A DNA stretch of 64,000 nt from the human T2T-CHM13v2.0 reference genome, Homo sapiens: assembly GCF_009914755.1 (NCBI RefSeq), contig NC_060941.1, one strand, 5' to 3'. This document shows, piece after piece, positions 1 through 16,959 of the stretch. A model generated the notes under the pieces. The model searched no databases. It was not told the DNA's origin and saw only the letters and a list, made by a program, of their open reading frames with translations. Made by a program: the position numbers and the translations under genes. Positions within the stretch are counted from its first letter, which is position 1, and the number at the start of each line of letters is the position of its first letter.

Positions 1-94
1 CTTAAGACGTTGCGGGAAAGTCCCCGAACGCTTTGCATTCAGCCAGGCTCCAGGTTGGGCACAAACCCTATAGCAGAGAGCTGGCCCAGGTGCC

Positions 95-230
95 ATGCCA
101 TCCTCACAACAATCCTATGAAGTAGGGACTGTTATTTTGCAGAGGAGGGGATTGAAGTACAGAGGAGTTAAATACCTTGCCCCAAGTCTCGCAGCCAGGA
201 GTAACCAGGTCAGGATTCTACCCCAGAGCC
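95..230 (-). mobile_element. MIR SINE
   Basis: atcctcacaacaatcctatga...gttaaataccttgcccaagtc, antisense MIR core. Confidence 0.75.
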
Positions 231-936
231 CACACTCCAACCCCTCACCATGTTGTCACCCCACTTACAATAATGAATCTCTGCACCTCTGCATGGGACA
301 AAGAGGGAAACTGAGTCTTCCAGGAGGGCTGGGCACTTGAGGCCATCCTGGCAATGGTCCCACCTCCAGCCATCCTGGAGGAGGAGCGAAGCCACTGCGT
401 TGAGTGCGTGGGTGCAGTGGGCCAGCCAGGGAACAGGGAGGTAAAAAACCAAGGGGGCACCTCAGCTCTGAGCTGGGCAGGCCAGGCCCCACCTCATGCT
501 TCCTCTGCCACAGCAGTCCCAGGCCAGGAGGGCACCTTGCCAGGCTCCACTGCCACCCAGAACATGGCCTCCCTGTCCTGGTCTGGGTTCTCCTCGAGTT
601 GTATTTCCATGGCAGCCACAATGGGCAGCAGCCAGGGTGAGTCAGGCCAGGCAAGAGGAAGTGGCCACACTTGAAAATTATTAACATGCAGGGCTGAGCT
701 TGAGTCCTTTGTTCTTGAGCAAAGACTGTAGCATTTCACTTTCAGGAAGGAGCTAGGAGGGTGGGGCAGGCTCAGAATTGCACAACCAAAGCACAGGCTC
801 AAACACACACAGGTCCCAGGTGGAAGTCAGCTTAGACAGGCCACCTGCAGAAAAGTGCAGGCCAACCCACAGCCCCATACAGCAGGTCCACAGAGAAAAT
901 ACAGGCCAACTCATCTCCACTGTTTTTTAAATCAGA

Positions 937-1235
937 GGCTGGGCACAGTATATGAAAACCTATATAATCCCAGTGCTTTGGGTGGCTGAGATGAGAGGAC
1001 CACTTGAGGCCAGGAGCTTGAGACCAGCTTGAGCAACATAGAGACCCTTTCTCTACACAAAAGGAAAAATTAGCTAGGCATGGTGGTGCACACCTGTAGT
1101 CCCGGCTATTCAGGAGGGTGAGATGGGAGGATTACTTGAGCCCAAGCGTTCAAGGCTGCAGTGAGCTATGATGGCTCCACTGCACTCCAGCCTGGGTGAC
1201 AGAGAGAGAGACCGTGTTTCAAAAAAAAAAAAAAA
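937..1235 (+). mobile_element. Alu (AluJ-like)
   Basis: Dimer with poly(A); TSD AAATCAGAG. Confidence 0.95.
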
Positions 1236-2518
1236 TCAGAGAGGGTTTCCAACAGGGATAAAATCAGGGTTTTTGTGGTCAAAAGTGTTCCAAGTCAGGG
1301 AGACCAAGCAAAGGAGGCACAAGGCCGGCCACAGAGGGAAGGATGGGACTCTGGGCAGCCAGACCCCAGTGGGAGCCCTGCGTCTGGGAGAGATGAAAGA
1401 CACCCCCTCACCCCAGCTGGCAGGGGGCAGCCCCAGCTCTAGGAAGACTGCCTTCCTGCACCCCCTTGCCAAAAGATGGCATCTCTCCTCCAACCATGCA
1501 GCTGTCCTGGCCCCCCTACCCCACCGCGTCTCCTAGGTGAGAAAAACACCCATAACCATCCTCACGGGCACCCAGCAACCCTGAAACACTGTGTCTCGGG
1601 CAACTTTTCGAGCTGCAGCTGTTCCCTGAAAAAGTCACACATCAGCCACCAGGAGTGGTGGGAAAGGCTGAATTCTGGAGAAGAGGGATGAAGGTTGGGG
1701 AGGTGGGAGGGAGGGAAGGGAATATGGTCACCAGAGGAAAAAAGTCAATCAACGAGGAAAAATCTGTTTCTAAAAATGTAATGCAAACAACAAAAAAACA
1801 GGCTTTGAGCAAGCCTTATAAGCCCTGGGGCCCAGGCCTGTCCTTAGTTCCCCGGGAATGGCCCCTGCTCCCCGTCCCATTTCACAGGGGTCATCAAGAG
1901 GCTAAGATTTCACTCTGCTCCCCTCCTGCACTTCAGGAGAGCTTAACCTTGAGGCCTTCAAGGAAATTGGGAGAAATGGGACCCCTGTCCTTTGGCAATT
2001 ACAAAGTAAATGGCCCTAGGGGCTAGGCGTGGGGGGATCGCCCTACCGTAGGGGAGTGGGGGGGCCTCATTCCCACCCTTCCTCGGCTCTGCAGGGGTGG
2101 CTGCAGCAGAGGTGGCTTGTTCAGGGAAGCTACCTGCTCCATCCGTGCTGGGACCACAGGGGCAGGCCACCCACCGGGTCCAACTCATCCCCCTACCAAA
2201 GCAGCTCTTTTTGTAAAGGGCTTTCGGGGACAGGAAGCAATAAACAGAGTCAAGCGGCCAAGATGCAGGGGCTGATTATACAGTTTACGGATTTTCCAGG
2301 CCTTTTTGTACTCTCCCACCAGCTGCCCGGGGCTCTGCAGAAAAAGGTGCTGGAGAAAGACCGGCTGGTCCCTGGCTTTACAGGTGGCCTTTTGCCAGGC
2401 CTAACTGGGCCTTCCTGAGCGAATGAGGGGGCTGCATGCCTCGAGGGTCCTGCAAGTCACCATGAAGAACACTGCCACCCGGTACCACTAGAGACCAGCA
2501 GGCTAATGGCTACAGCTT

Positions 2519-2532
2519 CTCTCTCTCTCTCT

Positions 2533-2585
<53 letters not shown>
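2519..2585 (+). repeat. (CT)n(CA)~26 microsatellite
   Basis: Direct reading. Confidence 0.98.
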
Positions 2586-2587
<2 letters not shown>

Positions 2588-2889
2588 CAGCCTGCTGCTC
2601 AACTCTCCACCCAGCTCTAAGTCACTCTGGTATTCCAGAGGGGAGGGGATGCCTGGCTGCGCGCTGCCTGCGTGCTGAGGCCAGGTGGGTGGCCCTCCTT
2701 CACAAGGAAGCTCACAGCTCAGCTCAGTTTAGCTGCACTGGGGGTGGCAAGCAACTTGGGAAAGACTGAGGCTGGCGGGGAAGATGGCTCTGGGCTGGAG
2801 GGCCTCCCCAGTGCGTGCTCAGCTCACATTCCCCAAACAGGCTATGATCTGGTGAAACACAGGCCCACGCGTGCAAAGCCGTAAATGCA

Positions 2890-3250
2890 GAGCTAAAATG
2901 GGGAACCACCCACTTGTCTCTCAATACCCCATATGCAACAAAAAACACAGGGCACATCCACATGCAGCCAACACCTTCCAGTGCCAAATAGAATCGCATG
3001 AAAAAAACCAAGTGGCCAGGCCATGTGTACACCGTACCATTTTTGTTCAAATGTCTGGATGTCCATGTGTACACTTGGGTACACACAGGAAGACGTCTGG
3101 GTGGATATGCACCAAATCCAAGGCAGCAGTTACCTAAAAGGAAGGGTTGTGTGGGGGCAACTCCTGCTCTTTGCTTCATGTACCTCTGCAACCTTTGGTG
3201 TTCTTACAAGAAATATGCCTTGTTTCTGCAGTTTAAAATAAGATATTAAA
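2890..3250 (+). mobile_element. Old L1ME-like 3' fragment
   Basis: gtctgggtggatatgcaccaaa...cagttacct resembles the L1ME 3'UTR. Confidence 0.5.
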
Positions 3251-3259
3251 CAAAATAAA

Positions 3260-3932
3260 GTTCATTGTTGGTGGCAATGTAAAATGGTACAGCCACTATG
3301 AAAAAGATAGTGAAACACAGTGAAAAACCACAGTTTGGTGGTTCCTCAAAGTTAAACACAGAATTACCATATGCTCCAGTGATTCCATTCATGGGTATAT
3401 AACCCAACAAATTGGAAACAGGACTCAAATAGGTAATTGTACATCAGTGTTCATAGTGGTGTTATTCACAATAGTCCACAGCTGGAAACAATCCAAGTGT
3501 CCATCAATAGATAAATGGATAAACAAAATGTACTCTACATATTTAGAACAATGGAATATTACTCAGCCACAAAAAGGAATGAAATGCTGACACATGCTAC
3601 AATGTGGATGAACCTTGAAAACATTATACTAAGTGACAGAAGCCAGACATAGAAGTACAAATATTGTATAATTCCACTTATATGAGGAACCTAGAACAGG
3701 TAAACTCATAGAGACAGAAAGTAGAATAGAGGTTTCCAAGGACTCAGGGAAGAGGGAGAATTGGGGACTTATTACTTAATGGGCATAGAGTTTCTGTTTG
3801 GGATGATAAACAAGTTCTGGAAATGGATAGTGGTGATGGTGGCACAATAATGTGGATCTACTAAATGCCACTGAATTATACGCTTAAAAATGGTTAAAAT
3901 GGTAAGTTTTATATTTAGTATGTTTTACACAA
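3260..3932 (+). mobile_element. L1 3' end (L1MB-like)
   Basis: aatgtaaaatggtacagccact, gaattaccatatg, atgaaccttgaaaacattat, aatgccactgaatt motifs of the L1M ORF2 end and 3'UTR. Confidence 0.9.
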
Positions 3933-3982
3933 GAAAGAGAGAGACAAATAAGGCACCAGATTGTAGAAGACACCATGAGTCA

Positions 3983-4283
<301 letters not shown>

Positions 4284-4857
4284 AGAAGACACCATGAATC
4301 ACCATCACCAGGCAGAAGGGGGCACTACTCGGGCTATTTAGAGAGAGGGCAGCCAGCACACAGGAAATCCTGGCCTGCACAGAGGGGCTCTGTCCCCATC
4401 TGCATGGAGTGGGCTGGGAGACAATGACACCCCTGTTGACGAGGGCTGTTCAGATGGCCTGCAGAGTCACGCATGCCACAAGGCTGGGGGAGACAGCACT
4501 GCAGGGATACTTTGTGGACATTTGAAATCCTTGCGTTATGATACGCTAGGAAACAGTATTTTAAAAGGCTAGTGTGCTGGAAAACGAAGCATGCATCAGG
4601 GAACCTTGGACAGGAGGGGACTGGGGAAGAGAGATACTGGAGGAAGTGGGCAGGAGAGGCTGGGAGAAGAGGATCAGCAGTCTGTCCTAGAGGGCCCTCA
4701 GTCAGGCTGGATCATTCACTCCACAGACGGGAGCATGCTCCCAGGTTCAGGGTAGTGGGAAAGTGGGGGTAAGGGATAAGAGGACCCTATTTACATCTAG
4801 TAAATACCTCTGTACATCTTCAGTACCCCCACAAATCTTGTTCAAAAGTACATACTG

Positions 4858-5159
<302 letters not shown>

Positions 5160-5309
5160 CTATCTAAAATGAGAAAGAAAAAGCTGCCAGTGCACCCCAC
5201 CCCCCAATTCTTGCAGAAGGCCCAAATTCCTGTGACTTGAGGCCAAGCCATAAGATCCAGAATAGGGAATAAGATAAAAACTGCCAGGGTGAGCTGAACA
5301 CCGTTGTGA

Positions 5310-5650
<341 letters not shown>

Positions 5651-6009
5651 ATCAGGTTCTTCTTGAAGGAGAGAAGCACAGAGGAGCTTGGGCACACCCA
5701 AGTAGGGCCCCACATGCTGAGAACTGTGATGCCAAGACAGGCTTCCCAGGGGCACGGTTTCCTGAGGTTTAGCCACATATCTCCAATCATGCAAGGGCTA
5801 AGAGAAGCCTTGTGTGGGGCACATTTGTGGTCAGCGGCAGCTCTGCCTCACTTGAGATAACGATATTTAAAGAGTAGATTTTTTAATAAAAGGATGTTGT
5901 ATCCAGGGGCTTCCTGAAACATGCCAGGTATTATTTGTGGCTGTGTGTGTGCATTTGTGTGTGTGCACGCATTAGAAAGAAGACAGGTAGCTTTGAAAGA
6001 TCATAATGT

Positions 6010-6298
<289 letters not shown>

Positions 6299-6351
6299 GG
6301 AAGATCATAATGTAGCCACTATGGCTGTCTCAGAGACCTACTTCTTCTAGA

Positions 6352-6745
6352 ACCTACTGTCCAATAAGGTAGCCACTGGTCATGTATGACAATAAAAATT
6401 TTAATTTTAATTAAAATTAAATAAAATGTATTTATTTGTTAATTTTTTTTGAGACGAAATCTCGTTCTGTCATGGCGAGACGGGGTTTCACCACGTTGGC
6501 CAGGCTGGTCTCGAACTCCTGACCTCAATCTGCCCGCCTCAGCCTCCCAAAGTGCTGGGATTACAGGCATGAGCCACCGCACCTAGCCTAAAATTAAATA
6601 AAATTTAAAATGCAGTTCTTTGGTCATACCATCACATTTCAAGTGTTCATCAGCCATTATGGTTAATGGCCATCATATTGAACAGGACGTATTTTAGAAC
6701 ATAAGCCCTGATTCACTATAACTGGAAGAGCTTTATTATGACTTT
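6352..6745 (-). mobile_element. MER3/MER33-like hAT transposon interrupted by an Alu
   Basis: ctgtccaata...gtagccact and cacatttcaagtg...catattgaacag motifs with an AT-rich core. Confidence 0.75.
6428..6588 (-). mobile_element. Internally deleted Alu
   Basis: Left arm fused to the last ~25 nt of the right arm; TSD TAAAATTAAATAAAAT. Confidence 0.9.
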
Positions 6746-7243
6746 CTGAGGGAGACCAAGGACTATGGATGGTCAATCCCCAGCAGAGGAGCCCTTCCAC
6801 ATCTCCTGGGCAAACAGAGCTGGGGTGAGCTCTGTGTCCTCTCATCACTGAGTCCTCAGCCTCATCCAAGATCAAAGCGTTGGCTGTTTCCTGTGAAACT
6901 TCACACCCAGGCAGAGAGAAGCTGGGGTCCAGCTGGGAGCCTAAATTCTGATGTCCACACTGGCAGGGCCCAGGCCTCAGAGGACCAGGCTCAGAAAGGC
7001 TTTCCCAGTTTGTCTCACCAGGAGGAAGGATGTCTTAACATCCCCAGGCTCCTCCCCTGTTCCCTGTCCTGAGTGTGCAAATGCAAAACTGCCTCCTTGG
7101 GCTTCTCCAGAGCAATGGGGAGGAGTCAGAGAAAAAGGGCAGCTGAGGCGGGGTATGCATGTGTGTGCGGGTAGACAGCAGGTAAGTGCATATCAAAGAG
7201 AACCCAACGGTCAGGCTGAGGAAATAACCGAAAGAGGTTCTAG

Positions 7244-7483
<240 letters not shown>

Positions 7484-7772
7484 TGAAGAACACAGGCCAT
7501 TCAATGGCAGCCTTCTCCACAGACTGGAGTTCATGGAGTAAGTTTTTTTTTCTTGCTAAACCTCAGTGACCTCCCCTGCTCAGCCCATGGGGCCCCTGTG
7601 ACAATAAAAAGAAAAAGTACACCTGAAAGCACATAGGGAAATGCTTACGATAGTTTAAGCAAAGAATACAAGATGCAAATGAGCACAGAATACAAATTAA
7701 CATATATATGTTATGTTTTCAACCACAGAAAAAAAAATGCATAGAAAAAAGGATCAAAAATATATATGCCTA

Positions 7773-7978
<206 letters not shown>

Positions 7979-8419
7979 TATGCCAAATATATCAATAACT
8001 GTCCTGGATGGTACAACTCTGTGAACACCCCCTTTTTCTTCCTTTCTTATATTTTTCCACAATTAGCATATCATAATGTGATCATGAGGTGACAAGTCTT
8101 CTTTAAAACATTTCAAAGAAGAGTGCCCTTAAAGTCTGGCATGAGACCCAGTGTGTCACCAGGCCTTCACAGTACCCCCTGGCTTTGCTCTGTTACCATG
8201 GCCACCACCAATCCAGCTGAGACCCTCAGCCTCCCAAGCCCGCTTCCCTGATGCCTTCAAGCTCCTCTTGCCGTCTCCCTCCCATTTTCTCCCTATGCCA
8301 CCAACGGAAGAGCAGGCCAGGTCCCCTCCGAACTCCTCAGTCTCTTATGTAAAGATCACATCCCTCCCTCTGCATCAGCGGTCCTCATGCTCAGCAAGCA
8401 TCACTGTCACCTGGAGGGC

Positions 8420-8548
8420 TGGTTAAACACACATTGCTGGCCTCCACCCCCAGAGTTCCTGATTCCCTGGGTCTGGGGTGAGGTCCAAGAATCTGCTATC
8501 TAACAAGTTGTTAGGCGATGCTGGCACCACTGGTCCAGGGACCACACC
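8420..8548. mobile_element. MER5A DNA transposon
   Basis: cccccagagttcctgattc...ggtctggggtgagg...tctaacaag...ggtccagggaccacac. Confidence 0.8.
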
Positions 8549-8692
8549 TGTCTCCCTAACTAAGCCCTGTCCATCCTTCAAGACCTCGCTCAAGTTCCCC
8601 TGTCCCATGAGGCAATCTCTGAGAACTTCAGCCAATATTGATCTCTCTCTTCCCTTCCAGAGCACCTGTTCCTCTTAAGGGTGGTTTGGTAG

Positions 8693-9100
<408 letters not shown>

Positions 9101-10128
9101 CTATCAGCTCTTAAGGGCAGACTGGGACAGACATTTCTTAAGTGATTCCTCATTAACCAGGAGGCATTCCTCATGTCCCAGGTGAACTGAATCTGTTTCA
9201 TTCTCAGGCACCCCAGTGACATTCACAAACAGACTTCTAATTATTCACTCGCTCATTCACTGGCAGTCAAAAAACACTTACTGAGCACCTACTGTATGTC
9301 AGGATGCGCAAGATAAAAACCTCTTTTCTTCACAGAGGCCAAGAATTACAACAGCATGAATGGCAGAAGCCTACAGAAGGTGCTCTGTGAGGATCCCTCC
9401 CAACCGCAGCCCAACGCCCCCACCCCTGGCCCTGGAGACCGCTACACACACACAACCTTGGCCCCAGTTGCAGGTGCTGGTGCCTGCCAACAAGCACACA
9501 CAGTTGCAGTCACACCCTCGTGTAACCATGGTGAGGATTTGGCTGCCGGTCATAGGCTCCATTGTTCCCCAGCTAAGCCACCCTGGACTCGGGGACAGGA
9601 TTTATGGGCAGACATTGTTAGGAGAACAGATGTTCGGGCAGGCAGGCCTGGGACCCGCTGGAGGGAGTCAAGAAGACACTACCTCCTAATTAATAGGCGG
9701 TAAATGTCTGAGGAACAGACTCCTGTCCCATTTCTTCAAACATCTGGGGTTCCGGACACTTAGGCCCTCTGCCAGGTGAGACATTTGGAGCAGGCTGAAG
9801 AGATCATAGATTCTGGAAGGTAGATGTTGGTTTCTCTGTGATCTTGGACAACTTTTTACTTGTTTGTGCCTCAGTTTCACTATCTACTAATATTTACTAC
9901 TTAAAAAAAATAGTAAAGCCAAAAAAAAAGATGATAAAGACACCGTTTGGAAGAATAAAGGGAGAGTAAAAAACAAACAATAATAACGCCACTGTGTAAA
10001 AATAAACTGCAAAAAGACCACTCAGGGAAGCTCCATCAATGCCTTGGCAGGAAAATTCTAAACGTATACAGGCCTACCTGGCACACTGATTCTCAACTAG
10101 AGGGGTGCATCAGAATCTCCGGGGAGCC

Positions 10129-10752
<624 letters not shown>

Positions 10753-13700
10753 TCTGGGGTGCTTTTTAAAGAAAAAGGCCCATGTGTCTTTGTCAATTCT
10801 ACTGAATCAGAATTTCCTGAGGTGCACCCAAACCCCATCCCCAAGATCCCAAGTAAGTCAAAGAGGAGTGCAGGGAGGAGCAGAGGCTGCAGGGGCTGTA
10901 AAGCAGGGACAGGGCCCAGGGACTCTAGGGAGGAGAGGTCAACATTGAGCAACCCCTCATTTCTGCCTCCCCATCCCAGGGATTTCTAGCGAGGAAATAT
11001 CATCCTTCTCGTCTGAACTGACCAGTCCTCCAGGGACCTGCTGATTCACACAATGCATGGCTGTGTCCTGGGCCACTCCTCCTTCTGGCCACCACTGGCC
11101 AGCACCCCACCCCAGCATACTTTCCTGACCCTGGGTTCTAACTCCTTGGCCCCAGAAGCCTCACCCTGGCCAACTGCAACTCTTTATTTCAAGGATTCAG
11201 GTTGTAGATCTCCTCCTCCAGAAAGTCTTCTCACATGCACTTCTTGGCTCACTCCCACGTGGCTTTGGCCTATTGAACCCTCTCTCTCCTCCACCATCAA
11301 TGTGGCAGCACTAGTCACATGTTCTCACGATTGCCACTGTGCCCGTTGGTGGCCCCAACAGATGGTGCCCACCTGGAAGGCGGGATTTTTTGGATCTCAT
11401 TCAGTTCTCGGTCCCTAACAACCTGCTCAGTGCCCAGCATAGAGCAGGCAAGGAATATGTCTATTTATGTTGATCAGAAGAAAGGGAGAGGAGGAGATTT
11501 TAAATCAAACAGTTATCCTAGGCACATTTTTCAAAACTGTAGGAAAACTATAGCAAATACTTGTATTAGCATGTCCTGTGTGCCAGAGAGAGAAGCCTGA
11601 GACACAGGGGGTAAATAAGTCCACAGGGTATCTCTGCTTCAAAGAGAAAAAGAGTTAAACCTTGGGGGGTCGGGAGGAGCTACCTCTGAAGTCCTTGCTC
11701 CCTGTGCCTTAGAGGTCACAGTGACTCCATAACTTCACCCTTTGGATAAAGCACAGGTTCAGGTTGCTGTGCACAGGGAGGAGCAATATATCTCGGCAGG
11801 AGGTCTCTCTCAATGAGGTACCAGGGATCCTGTTGCATCCATTTGGGAGGGTCTGGGAGTCAGCAGTCCCAACTGGGAGCTCCTGGAGCTCGATTTAGAA
11901 AAGGGACAGGGATAATGCTATCTGGGGCCTTGGCATGAAAGGGCTTTTCTTTCCCATGTCCAGACTCCCAGGGGAGAGAGAAGGGTTCCAAGTCTCCTAG
12001 CCTGATGGTTTGAGAGAAACAGAGGGATGTGGCCTGCACCTGCCCCACCTGGCCTCTCTGGGTCCAGGATCAGGCCAGGGAGGAGGAGGCCCACTAATCC
12101 TGGGTGCATTACTCAAGAGAGACTGTGAAGAAAAGCAGGAACTCTGAGTGGCATTAAAGTAGGCAGGAAATAAAATTTATTCAGAGTCAGCTAGTGTAAT
12201 TGAAAATGAACCATATGCCAGGCACTTGGCAAGGTGCGTCCCCACAGTCTTGATTTAATTTTCACACCAACCCAATGAGGCAGCTACTATTCTCCTTGTT
12301 TTACCAACAGGAAACTCAGGCATTGTTCTGCTGGAAGGAGAGAAGGCCAGGAGGCAACCCTCAAAACCTGGGTGTGTTTGGCCAAGGCCAAGTAGAGATT
12401 TAAGGGTCTTCGAGTAAAGCATTCAGGATTCTTACTCTTCATTTGCTATCTTTCTTAAAGACAGAATAAAATAAAATGGGATTTAGGTTGGATTCCAAAA
12501 AAAACTTCCTGACTATAAAGAGGTATTAGAAAGTTCATTTCCTAGGACAGATCCCTGAAAGATGCAACCACATCAAATGCCCACTCTGCAGGCAGGAGAC
12601 TGGACAATTTGACATTTACCACCACAGGCACGCTCAGAGGTCCCCTCAGGCAACTGGGCTCTAGCTCCCATCTCAAGTGAGGCTTGTGGACAATGCAAAA
12701 TCTAAAGTCAAACACATCCTTTGCTAAATTTAACAAGCAGATAGGCATAGCGTTCAGATATTAAAATGAAGTCTTTTTTTAATGAATGGGCAGGGCTTGG
12801 AGTTTGCCAATGTCATCAATGAGGTTAATGTGGCTACGTTAAAGTTAGCACATGAGTTTTGGATGATGCAGTTTATCAAACCAGCAGGGACTGAGCAACA
12901 GCTCAGGCAGAAAGTTGGCGCCTGGCCTTAGGGAGCCCTGTCCGGCCTGGGTATCCTTGCCCACGTGCCACAGCTAAAATGCTGGTAGGACCTCGGGGAC
13001 TTAAGGCAGGGTTGCTGCTACCCCCGGCTGTTTGGGCCAACACTTGAGCTCCGGCCTGGAACAGAAGGCTCCCTAATAGGTTGTTAAGAGCCTGGGAAGG
13101 CGGAACAAGCTGGGCGGGGAGGAGGGGGCCTCAGGGGGCTGTTATGATAAGCAAGAGCTCAGTCTAAAGACATGCTCCCAAGCTGAAGGTTTCATTTCCT
13201 GCCAGGCAACTCACCCGTTTGAATCAAACACAGAATTTAGTATTCACCATAGAACAATCATATGACAAAAACTTTGCAGAGTTTACCCAGATGTAGGTTT
13301 TCCTTAAGGTAAAAGAGGAGTCATATTACCGAAGCCTCATCTTCTCACGAGTTCAAAACCTCTCCAACCTCTCAGGAGAAACCAAGGGCCGGAAAGGTTA
13401 AAGGCCTCACCCTCAAGGTCCCACCAAAGAATCGAAGCTGGTGCCAGCTCTCCGACTCCTACCCAGCAACCCGCCCCAGGTGGCCAGCAGCTGCCTCTGA
13501 GAATGCAGAAGGCCGAGGGGGGCTGAGAGTGTTTCTAAATCACAGCACACTTGCTCCATCCCGATGGCCTTGTGATGCCTGAGGCATGAGGGCAGGCCAG
13601 GACAGGAGCCATGCAGCGGGGTCTCCCACCCCAGGCCCTCCAGGCCCCCAAAAGGCTTCCTGTCAGGCCCTGCACTGCCCCCTCCTCCCACTTTGATCCC

Positions 13701-14814
13701 AGAGAGGGGAGGGGGTGGAGAGTCCAGAGAAGTCCCCACTTGGCATCGATTTGCCCAAAGCAAAGGCAACACAAAGGCTGCACCTGTTTCCATGGAGATG
13801 CGACGGGGAAGCAAAGGAACAAAACAGGGAGAAACACAAACCCGTCACCACCTCCCAGGCCAGTGTGATCGATGCTGGCAGACCAGAGCCCTGACAGGAA
13901 GACAGCGGAAGGATGAAAGGTAATCAGTGGATCTAGAAGCCACACTGGGAGCCCTTTCAGGCCACAGAGAGGAGGCCAGCAGCCTCGCCCACCCCCAGGC
14001 TCACAAACTCGCCTGGGCCCCGCTCTCGAGAACCAGTCCAAGCAAAAACTCCCAGACGGAAATCCACAGTGAGCACTTACTTTACAAAAGGATTCCTTGC
14101 TTGACTAAGGGATTCCTTCAAGCAGCAAAATCCCACCTGGAGTGCACTGTCTGTTTTATTTCATTATTCACTTCTCTGAGCAGGAGGAGGAGGGGGTCAA
14201 GGGAGTAACTTCCAGGGGAAAGTTTGTGAGAAGAGATGAGGGGATGGAGGGGTGGGGACTGGACTCTGTTCATAAAACATCTCCTAGGAGAGGCCCACAA
14301 GAAAATGGAGACGTGGTGACTTTAGAAGAGAAAGGTGAGCAGGCTAAGCGCCTGAGGCCCATCCAATAGGGAGGACATGGGAACCTGAACAGTGGAGAAG
14401 AATGGGCGGCAACAGGTGTCCCACTAGGTCCCTGAGGTTGCCACAGGTCCCATCAGGGCACACAGGTGCTCTCAAAACCACTGGGCTATGGGGAAATGTG
14501 GGGGCAGCCTCATCTCCCCCAGGGCAACAAGGCCAGTGGCTTGATGCCTCCCCGGGTGAATGTTGGAGGAAGATGACAACAAGAGGCCCAGCAGATGGCA
14601 GCGGCTCAGAGGCTGTCATAAGGGCCTCTTGACTGGCACTCATTGTTCATCAGGTGACACATACTAAGTGCCACTTAGCACATGTGGTCATCCTGGGACG
14701 AAGGGGCAAGGCCATGCACCAACACAATCCTGCCCTTGGAGAGTCTCAACCAGGCCTTCACTCCACGGAGTCTCTTCCTGACTATAATTCTTACAGGGAA
14801 CAAAAACCAAGGAT

Positions 14815-15030
14815 AACAATAATACTTACTGAGCATGCCATGTGGGCCTGACACTAACACTTGTCTCATTGATCCTCTCAACCATCCCATGAGAGAGAGG
14901 CCTTTCTTCTCCCCATTGACTGATGTGGAGACAGGCACAGAGAGGTAAATAACTCACCCAAGGTCACACAGCGAGTAAGTGGCAAAGCTAGGATTCAAAA
15001 ATAGGTCTGCCCAACTTCAGAGCCTGTGAA
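14815..15030 (-). mobile_element. MIR SINE
   Basis: gcacagagaggtaaataactcacccaaggtcacacagc. Confidence 0.85.
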
Positions 15031-16124
15031 CAGCAGGCTCAACACCTGCCACATCAGCCTCATTTAACAGGCAGAGACACTGAGGCTGAGAGAATGCAGG
15101 TGACGTGCACTGAGGCAGGGGCAGAGGCTGAACTCTGAAGACTACTCCTCCTGACCCACCCCAAGGCTTTTTTGCCTTGTGATGCCTCCACTAGGAATGC
15201 CAGCTGGCTTTTTTGGTGGGGTACATGGACTGCTCTGTGTAGTCACTCTCCTGTTCTGGACCTCAGTTTACCCCCTCAACAAGGTGGCATCGTTAGAGTG
15301 TGAGCCCCTGCTGTCTCACTGAGAGGAGCTGAGAAGAAACATGGGGCGTGCATTCAAGGTGTTACCAGGGAGCTGGTGGGAGAAGCAGTCTCAGTCTCAA
15401 AGATCCACAAGCTCTGTAATGTCCACAGAGCAAAATCCTAGGTAGGATATCCAGGCTGCTACTCAACAGTCTTCCCACCAGAGTACATGTGCAAAACCCT
15501 CAGGGAACCTGGGGACTTCCCAGAAGTATTCAGACATGGATGGCTTCCAGGGAATCAACTTCTGAAAGCTCCACTTCCTGTGCTTCTTCCTAAAACTGAT
15601 CAGCCGGGAACCCTCTGGGTCTGCCAGTTCTCCCCTCACCAAGGCCCTCCTAAACACTTCCCAAAAGAAAGGCCTACCCCCAGTCATCCCAACCTCACCC
15701 TGGTATCCCGCCCTGGGTTATAAAAGCCACCAAAGAGACAACGGAAGAATGCAGCCCTCATGGGAGGAGTTCCAGCAGGACAAAGAACTTCCTTAAGATG
15801 TTGAGAAGGGGGCCTTATCTATCTTACCTACCCATCTGTTTATTTTAGGATTAGAATTAGGAAGCTGACACAGGGACACCTGTTTAACCTGTTTAATAAA
15901 TATTTGAATTAAAAAGAGGAGTCAGAGTTTTTCCGACACAAAGTATGATTTGGCTGGCTGGTCTAACCACAAGATCCAGCCTGGCCAATTAGGAATTATG
16001 GTGGATGTTTTCCACAACTGCCTGGGCTGGGTTTGCTGTTCTAAGGCTTTGACAAAAATAAATTTGAAGCAAGTAGATGGCATACAATAGGCCTGGAAAT
16101 ACATTCCACTTAAAGTTATGATAA

Positions 16125-16820
<696 letters not shown>

Positions 16821-16959
16821 TGAGGTGTACAAGTGAAAGAAGTTTGAAGCCTGTTGCTTTCCTTCCCTGGAGCCATGATCAAAGGCTTAAGCTCCCACAC
16901 CGACAAACCCACTAAGCCATGCACATAGTAAGTTTTCAAGACAAGGCAGCTGCAATGTA

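Noticed and set aside
265-808. Overlapping ORFs near the window start as a possible coding exon
   Set aside because: No recognisable protein and no convincing splice-site pair
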